This document shows positions 57,931 through 64,000 of a stretch of DNA of 64,000 nucleotides, piece after piece. Position numbers and translations under genes: made by a program. Below the pieces are notes generated by a model, which saw only the letters and a list, made by a program, of their open reading frames with translations, was not told where the DNA came from and did no database searches. The stretch's first letter is position 1; each line of letters opens with the position of its first letter. Source of the DNA: Gemmatimonadota bacterium (GTDB taxonomy: Bacteria; Latescibacterota; UBA2968; UBA8231); the NCBI GenBank assembly GCA_018660835.1, contig JABJJN010000011.1:26489-90488 (forward strand). Reading direction: 5' to 3'.

Positions 57931-59634
57931 GTGCGCTTCGACCTACCGACCCTGTCGGCTCTATCCGGGTGTCTCACGGAACATCTGTCAGATCGGCAGA
58001 TCGTCGGTGTTGAGCATGGTACTGCTGGGCTGCAGCTGTCATTCCACGGTGAGCGCTTCCTGCGCTTGACCTATGGCATCCCGGCAGCCTTGAGCCTCGT
58101 TGCAGGGCACGTGGGAGGTGGGGAAGCTGACGTGCCGATTTCGAGAGCGGACCGTTTCCTACTTGGCGCAGTCTTCGTCGCAGCGGAAGCCGCGCAGCGT
58201 GATCGATGTTTGTGGTTGCGTCTGCAGCGTCCTGATCGAGACGGCAAGCCTACCTACGGGCGCCTGTATCTTGAGCTCATTGGCCCCCGCTTTCGTGCCG
58301 TTCTTGCCAGTGAACGTCGCGGTCATGCATTGGGATTCTGGCAAGCAGCAAGCGACCGTCGAGCAGCCTCACCTGGCAGTGCCTACCGACCTCCAGACAG
58401 CGACCGGATCATCCCCGGCGAGGCTGAGGTCGGGCAGCTTTCACTCGGGTGGGATGAGGGGGAGCAACTCAAACGGTGGCTCACGCGTCGACTGGCGGGC
58501 GCGACAGGGGCGATTGCATCGGTTGCGTGTGAACGCGCTCATATTGATCAGACAACACCGGCAAGTGAGCTGAGCCCCGATCAGTGGCTTCATGTCTTAG
58601 AAATCGTCCAGGTCATCTACACATCGCCAGCAACAAAATGTTGGGCCTGGCGGCATGCAGAGACCCGGCAGGTATCAGTCATTGAGCCACCTGCGTCGAT
58701 CGTGTCGCAGCCCTACGAGAGCCTACTAGGCGCTTTGGCCGAAGGGGAGGAGTCCGTCTCAACCAGGAGTGATCTCCGTTTACAGGCCATTGAGCAGTTC
58801 CTGCGTCGCCGCAAAGGTCGTCTCGAGGCGAGTTTGGCAGCCATGCAGCAGGATATTACCCAGGCAGAGACGGCAGACACCGTCGAGCGCCACGGTAGCT
58901 TGTTGCTCGCCGCCGCGTCACAGATCAAGCCTGGTGCGGCTGTTGTAGAGATTCCAGATCCGTATGCAGAACAAGAGCAACTTCTTCGCTTCGAAATTCC
59001 CCAGGGAAAATCAGTGGCACAGGAGGCGACGGGCCTGCTGAAGTTGGCGCAGAAATTTCGACGGCGTATACAGATCTTGCCCCTCAAGATCCTGGAAACG
59101 GAAGCACAGCTGGCGGGGGTAGGCGATCTTCTGCAGCGAGTTGATCGTGACAACTGGAATTCGACGGAAGAAGAGTTGGTGGCTTTGGAGACGCAGATGG
59201 GGGAGACGCAACAATCTGGACGAGGAAGACCGAACTCGAAAGATGAGCGCCACGGAGCACGCCCACGACGATACCGGACCAGTTCTGGCTGGTCCGTCTG
59301 GGCTGGTAGGAACAACCAAGAGAATGACACCCTGACGCACAGATTGGCCGCACAGAACGACTACTGGTTCCATGCACATGGCTATGCGGGGTCGCACGTT
59401 CTGCTGCGTCGAGATGGGCGTAAGCAAGAACCAGACAGGCAAGCACTCGAAGAAGCGGCGGCCGTCGCCGCCTATTGGAGCAAAGGCCGGACGGCGAGCA
59501 AAGTACCCGTCGTCTACACCATGGCGAAATACGTTTCCAAGCCCCGTGGTGCCCCTGCGGGATTGGCTGTCATGAAGAGAGAGAAGACCGTCATGGTGCG
59601 CCCTGAACTTCTGCCAGAGGATGACGACGCATGA
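57931..59634 (+). CDS. NFACT family protein (RqcH/Rqc2-like)
   Basis: N-terminal DR motif and ELIG, coiled coil, AGRNNQEND, WFHAHGYAGSHV, AAYWSK. Confidence 0.88.
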   Translation: MRFDLPTLSALSGCLTEHLSDRQIVGVEHGTAGLQLSFHGERFLRLTYGIPAALSLVAGHVGGGEADVPISRADRFLLGAVFVAAEAAQRDRCLWLRLQRPDRDGKPTYGRLYLELIGPRFRAVLASERRGHALGFWQAASDRRAASPGSAYRPPDSDRIIPGEAEVGQLSLGWDEGEQLKRWLTRRLAGATGAIASVACERAHIDQTTPASELSPDQWLHVLEIVQVIYTSPATKCWAWRHAETRQVSVIEPPASIVSQPYESLLGALAEGEESVSTRSDLRLQAIEQFLRRRKGRLEASLAAMQQDITQAETADTVERHGSLLLAAASQIKPGAAVVEIPDPYAEQEQLLRFEIPQGKSVAQEATGLLKLAQKFRRRIQILPLKILETEAQLAGVGDLLQRVDRDNWNSTEEELVALETQMGETQQSGRGRPNSKDERHGARPRRYRTSSGWSVWAGRNNQENDTLTHRLAAQNDYWFHAHGYAGSHVLLRRDGRKQEPDRQALEEAAAVAAYWSKGRTASKVPVVYTMAKYVSKPRGAPAGLAVMKREKTVMVRPELLPEDDDA

Positions 59635-60725
59635 GTCTTGCTACTGGCATCATTGGCCTGCCGAATGTGGGCAAGTCGACACTGTTCAATGCTTTGACAC
59701 GGGGACGGGCTGAGGCATCCAACTATCCCTTTTGCACAATTGAACCAAATGTCGCCATCGTCGAGGTCCCCGATGAACGCCTACAGCAGTTGGGACAATT
59801 GCTCTCACCATCGAGTGTTACGTCTACAACCATTCAGTTTACCGACATCGCTGGACTGGTACGTGGCGCCAGTCAAGGTGAAGGACGTGGCAATCAATTC
59901 CTCGCCGATGTACGCGAGACAGATGCCTTGCTGCATGTGGTGCGCTGCTTCGATGATCCTTCTGTCAGCCACGTGGACGGCGATCTGAATCCATTGCGTG
60001 ATGCCGATGTCATTATGAGCGAGCTGCTACTCGCCGACCTGGAAATCGTTGAGCGCAGCCTGCCTACGCTCGACAAAGTCGTACGCTCAGACCCACGATC
60101 TGATCGGGGTACAGAGCTACAGGCGCTGCAACGCGTCTGCGCCGCTCTCACTGAGGGCGTTGGAGTGTTTGACATCGAACTGGCCAGCGACGAACGCGAT
60201 GCCCTGCGAGGGTACAACCTGCTAAGTGGCAAACCGATCCTCTTCATCGCGAATGTGGGTGAATCGGATGCGGCCGATGGTGGCGCAGCAGTGGATGCTC
60301 TGCGCCAGCAAGTGGGGGAAGATCGCCTCCTCATCGTCTCGGCACAGATCGAGGCAGAGCTTGCGCAACTGGATGATCTGGAGGAAATCACTGCCTTCCT
60401 TGAAGAGCTCGGGTTGACTCAACGCGGCGTGGAGCGGCTGATACACGGCGCCTATCGTCTACTCGATCTGATCACATTCTATACCCTTGCCAATGACAAG
60501 CTGCAGGCATGGCAGCTGCCCCGCGGGATGCAAGCCCCCATGGCGGCAGGACGCATTCACTCTGATATGGAAGATGGGTTCATTCGTGCGGAAGTGGCCT
60601 CCGTCGAGGATGTGATACAAGTCGAAGGTCACATGTCCCGCCTGCGTGAACAGGGCAAGCTCCGCACAGAAGGACGGGACTATGCTTTAGCCGATGGTGA
60701 CGTTGTCACGTTTCTCTTCCGTTAA
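59631..60725 (+). CDS. ychF: Redox-regulated ATPase YchF
   Basis: GLPNVGKSTLFNALT, NYPFCTIEPN, DIAGLV, IHSD...GFIRAE. Confidence 0.96.
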   Translation: MSLATGIIGLPNVGKSTLFNALTRGRAEASNYPFCTIEPNVAIVEVPDERLQQLGQLLSPSSVTSTTIQFTDIAGLVRGASQGEGRGNQFLADVRETDALLHVVRCFDDPSVSHVDGDLNPLRDADVIMSELLLADLEIVERSLPTLDKVVRSDPRSDRGTELQALQRVCAALTEGVGVFDIELASDERDALRGYNLLSGKPILFIANVGESDAADGGAAVDALRQQVGEDRLLIVSAQIEAELAQLDDLEEITAFLEELGLTQRGVERLIHGAYRLLDLITFYTLANDKLQAWQLPRGMQAPMAAGRIHSDMEDGFIRAEVASVEDVIQVEGHMSRLREQGKLRTEGRDYALADGDVVTFLFR

Positions 60726-60841
60726 GCGAGCGGATCCTCTCCTTGACCGTCTGAGACGGGGTCGGCATCTTAACGCCACTATGCATATCTGCCCCTTTCT
60801 GACTTTGAGCCGCTCCTTTCGGATGTCGAGTATAGGCCACC

Positions 60842-61138
60842 GTGTCTGACGCCCTAGGTATGATCGAAACCCGAGGTTATGCGGCGATGGTTGAGGCCTC
60901 TGACGCGATGGTCAAAGCTGCAGATGTGCGTGTCATTGGTTGGCAAGCTGTAGGCGGTGGACTCGTCACGACCCTCGTGCGGGGGGATGTCGCCGCTGTC
61001 AGGGCCGCAACCGATGCCGGCGTCGAAGCGGCGCGCTCCGTAGGCGAGGTGGTTGCCGTGCACGTGATCGCGCGTCCGCACCCAAGTCTGGAGCCACACC
61101 TACCCCAAGGTGGGCAAGCGCCGACCTACACGCCCTGA
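60842..61138 (+). CDS. Bacterial microcompartment shell hexamer (BMC-H, EutM/PduA-like)
   Basis: ALGMIETRG...[12 protein letters not shown]...[14 protein letters not shown]...VHVIARPH. Confidence 0.96.
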   Translation: MSDALGMIETRGYAAMVEASDAMVKAADVRVIGWQAVGGGLVTTLVRGDVAAVRAATDAGVEAARSVGEVVAVHVIARPHPSLEPHLPQGGQAPTYTP

Positions 61139-61139
61139 T

Positions 61140-62030
61140 ATGCGAGCCACGATTGCCCGCGGACTGCTCGCCCTTGTCCTACTAGGGCTTGTGGTGATCT
61201 ATGTCGAACCGTCACAGATGTTCGTGGCGGTCCAACGACTCGATCCAAAGTGGGTCCTGCTGACGATCGTCCTCGGCGGGGTGGCCCTCGCCGTGCAGTG
61301 GTGGAAGTGGAGTCAGTTGTCGGCTCTGCTATCAACGCCACTGACGAAAGGGCAGCTCACGCGGTCGTTGTTCGGCGGTTTTGCCCTCGGCATGATCTCC
61401 CCAGGCAGAATTGGTGAATTTGGACGCGCGATTTTTGTCGCCGATCAACATCGATCGGTTAGTCTGCTCACTGCACTCGATCGGTGCGTGTCAGCAGCGG
61501 TGACGATATTTTCTGCAGGGATGGCTCTTGCCATCTACTTGCCAGTGAGTCGCTGGCCACTGCTGTTGCTGTTACTGCTGACAATTGGAATCACCCTCGT
61601 GACTCGCGAGAAGATTTTCCGCTTGTGGGGCAACACAGGACTGCCGCCATGGAACGAGGTGGCACGCAGCCGACTGTGGAAGAATGGCGCCGGTGCGATA
61701 CTCTTCAATTTTCTATTCTTTGCTCAACTCTACTGTCTATTGCTCGCCGGAGGTCAGGTTCCGACTGCTGCGATCCTGGGTATTCCACTCGTTTTTGCAG
61801 CCAAGACGTTGGTTCCTCTGGCGCCCATGGATCTTGGCGTACGAGAAACGGCAGCGGTCTTCGTCCTCGGACACTTTGGCATCGCCTCCGTGATCGCCCT
61901 GCAAGCTTCGCTCCTGTTATTTGCAATCAACGTACTGGGGCCGGGACTTATTGGTCTGGCCATGACGGGTACCAGGCGCTGGCAAGGCGTCTGCCTCCCA
62001 TTTTCTTCTCCCTCTACATACCCGAGCTAG
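61140..62030 (+). CDS. Lysylphosphatidylglycerol synthase TM-domain (flippase-like) membrane protein
   Basis: LGMISPGRIGEFGR, DR, DLGVRE; multiple TM segments. Confidence 0.82.
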   Translation: MRATIARGLLALVLLGLVVIYVEPSQMFVAVQRLDPKWVLLTIVLGGVALAVQWWKWSQLSALLSTPLTKGQLTRSLFGGFALGMISPGRIGEFGRAIFVADQHRSVSLLTALDRCVSAAVTIFSAGMALAIYLPVSRWPLLLLLLLTIGITLVTREKIFRLWGNTGLPPWNEVARSRLWKNGAGAILFNFLFFAQLYCLLLAGGQVPTAAILGIPLVFAAKTLVPLAPMDLGVRETAAVFVLGHFGIASVIALQASLLLFAINVLGPGLIGLAMTGTRRWQGVCLPFSSPSTYPS

Positions 62031-62040
62031 ATAGCAACCC

Positions 62041-62826
62041 ATGAGCTCCGAATCCGTCACAACCGTTCCGAATGCATTCGCTGCACGGCGAGAAATCTGT
62101 GAGGCCGGGCGTAGGATTTATCAACGCGCCTTCGTCGCAGCCAACGACGGCAATATCAGTGCGCGCCTGTCCGAGGATCGCATTCTCTGCACACCTACAG
62201 GTGTTAGCAAAGGTTTCATCAGTGAAGAGATGCTGGCGATCTGTGATTTGGATGGCGCGCAGGTTTCCGGGCCCATGAAAATCTCTTCTGAGATCCGTAT
62301 GCATCTGGAGGCCTACAAACTGCGCTCTGACATCGCCGCCGTTGTGCACGCGCATCCGCCGACGGCAACAGGTTTCGCCGTGGCGGGTCTTGATCTTACC
62401 GAATGCGTCCTGCCAGAAGTCATCGTCCTTCTCGGTGGAATCCCCTTGGCACCCTACGGCACACCCGGTGGACCCGATATTTTCGAACCGATGCGCGAAT
62501 TGGTGGAGCAATACGACGCGGTATTAATGGCCAATCACGGCGCAGTCACCCTCGGTAAACATGTGATGGATGCCCACTTCAAGATGGAGACGGTCGAGCA
62601 CTTCGCCCGCATTGCCCTGGTTGCACGCCAATTGGGGGCGACCAATACGCTCGGTGAAGGACACGTACAAGAGCTTCTTGATTTGCGGACCCGGTTCGGT
62701 ATCGTCGGCCGTCCCGGATGCCAGATGCCATCATCTACCGGGGCAGATGCCGCCGGCACAGGGACGGATGAGCTGGTGGCTCAGATCACGCGGCAAGTCC
62801 TGCAGCAGCTGCAAGGGGGTAATTGA
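62041..62826 (+). CDS. Class II aldolase (fuculose/rhamnulose-phosphate aldolase-like) with C-terminal encapsulation peptide
   Basis: DGNISARL, TPTGVSKG, SSEIRMH, VVHAHPP, LMANHG; tail TDELVAQITRQVLQQL. Confidence 0.9.
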   Translation: MSSESVTTVPNAFAARREICEAGRRIYQRAFVAANDGNISARLSEDRILCTPTGVSKGFISEEMLAICDLDGAQVSGPMKISSEIRMHLEAYKLRSDIAAVVHAHPPTATGFAVAGLDLTECVLPEVIVLLGGIPLAPYGTPGGPDIFEPMRELVEQYDAVLMANHGAVTLGKHVMDAHFKMETVEHFARIALVARQLGATNTLGEGHVQELLDLRTRFGIVGRPGCQMPSSTGADAAGTGTDELVAQITRQVLQQLQGGN

Positions 62827-63869
62827 TGCGGAGATTTCTGCTTGCTACCTGCTTGCTTGTGGGGCCGCTCCTGGCCCAGGATCCGCCACCTGCCTCAACA
62901 GTCGACGAGCTGGTTCGCTCCGCACAGATACATGCGACCATGGCACAAAGGGCGCGGACAGCGGAGGAGGCACAACAGCGCCTGCAACTGGCGTTGAATT
63001 CATACGAACAGGCACTGGCTGCGGGCGCGGGATCTCCGGCGGTTCTCAACCCGATGGCACAGTTGTATCTGCTGTCCGGTAATACGGAACGTGCCATCGC
63101 CCTGTTTCATCGCTCCCTCGCGGAAGATCGGCAGAAGCTGGCCACCTATTCGGGGCTCAATGACGCGTTTTTTGCGCTCGGCCGTATTGATTCTTCCATC
63201 CATTATGTGGAGGCGGCAAAACAGATAGCACCTGACAACGCCGGTGTTCGTGTGCAACTCGGATTTCTCTACCTGCAAGGGGGAGCCAGGGCAACGGCTC
63301 GGGCCCAACTTGATTCGGCGTTGATGCTTGATCCGAACCATCCGCAAGCGCACAAGCTGTTTGGACTTTGGCTGACCCAGGCACAACAGATCGACAGTGC
63401 GATCGTTGTTTATCAGCACGTTGTCGAGTTACAGCCCGACGATGTCGAAGCACATAACAATGTTGCCTTCCTGCTGGCAGGAAAGGCTCGCTACGCTGAA
63501 GCACTTGAGTGGTATAAGAAGACGAAGCTTCTATCGTCGGATCCTCAGCTGCTGCATGCGGTCAATCTCAACATGGAAGGCATCCGCGCCATCATGGCGG
63601 GCAAGATGCGGGCTCGCTACATCCTTGTTGAGACCCAGGCCAGTTGTGAGCAGGTGGCCGCCAAAGCAGCAGCCGGTGAGGACTTCGGTGAGCTTGCTGC
63701 ACAATTCTCGATTGCCCCAAATGCAGCGGAAGGGGGGGATCTGGGATTCTTCGGGCCCGGTGACATGGTCACCGCCGTGGAGGAGGCTGTTCTCGGCCTT
63801 GGGGTTGGCGAGGTCAGCGCGGTGATACCCATTGGCCGTCACTTCATGTTGCTGGAACGCCTCAACTAA
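62826..63869 (+). CDS. Exported TPR-repeat protein with C-terminal parvulin (PpiC) PPIase domain
   Basis: Signal peptide, TPR-like helices, GEDFGELAAQFS...GGDLGFFGPGDMV...GEVS. Confidence 0.87.
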   Translation: MRRFLLATCLLVGPLLAQDPPPASTVDELVRSAQIHATMAQRARTAEEAQQRLQLALNSYEQALAAGAGSPAVLNPMAQLYLLSGNTERAIALFHRSLAEDRQKLATYSGLNDAFFALGRIDSSIHYVEAAKQIAPDNAGVRVQLGFLYLQGGARATARAQLDSALMLDPNHPQAHKLFGLWLTQAQQIDSAIVVYQHVVELQPDDVEAHNNVAFLLAGKARYAEALEWYKKTKLLSSDPQLLHAVNLNMEGIRAIMAGKMRARYILVETQASCEQVAAKAAAGEDFGELAAQFSIAPNAAEGGDLGFFGPGDMVTAVEEAVLGLGVGEVSAVIPIGRHFMLLERLN

Positions 63870-63870
63870 C

Positions 63871-63925
63871 AAAAACCAAAAGGAAAGCGGCCAGCGGCTG
63901 CCTTGGGAGGCTGCCGCTGACCGCT
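63871..63925 (-). terminator. Probable terminator for a convergent gene beyond the window
   Basis: GC-rich hairpin 63886-63925 preceded on + by an A-rich tract; a C/A mismatch becomes G.U on the minus strand. Confidence 0.55.
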
Positions 63926-64000
63926 CAGGGAGGGCTGCGAGCCGACTGACCGGGTTAGGCTCGCATGGGTTTGACGCCTTAGCTCCTAAGAAGGTTCCGC

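Noticed and set aside
63936-64000. Second hairpin and possible 3' end of a minus-strand gene
   Set aside because: Too little sequence at the window edge to call

Overview
GC-rich bacterial chromosomal window made up mostly of core housekeeping genes: cysS, tRNA-Leu(CAG), smpB, rph, an RpoD-family sigma factor, rnr, holA, trxA, clpX, epmA, clpP, hflKC, coaE, gcvT/gcvP, gmd, a TrmJ-type methyltransferase, murQ, valS, an RqcH/NFACT gene and ychF. I found no integrase, transposase, prophage or CRISPR array. The short region-1.1-less sigma factor and the gene mix suggest an FCB-related lineage such as Latescibacterota, but this is inference only. The unexplained material lies between the core genes: (1) an operon of a SHOCT-like repeat protein, a DUF815 AAA+ ATPase and a coiled-coil protein with a non-canonical HSD J-domain, facing a small MerR-type gene; (2) a highly structured ~190-nt RNA followed by an unlisted 48-aa ORF after the sigma gene; (3) a probably leaderless 65-aa peptide and structured spacer ahead of an ABC exporter, an unknown protein, an M16 peptidase pair and a degenerate THUMP methyltransferase; (4) an AI-2E transporter with an apparently circularly permuted Ig-like insert; (5) a 7x14-bp ANGGA repeat in the 3' UTR of a diguanylate cyclase and a 4x17-bp repeat in the trxA leader; (6) a satellite microcompartment locus (BMC-H plus an aldolase with an encapsulation peptide). 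All family calls come from motif recognition by eye; no database searches were run.
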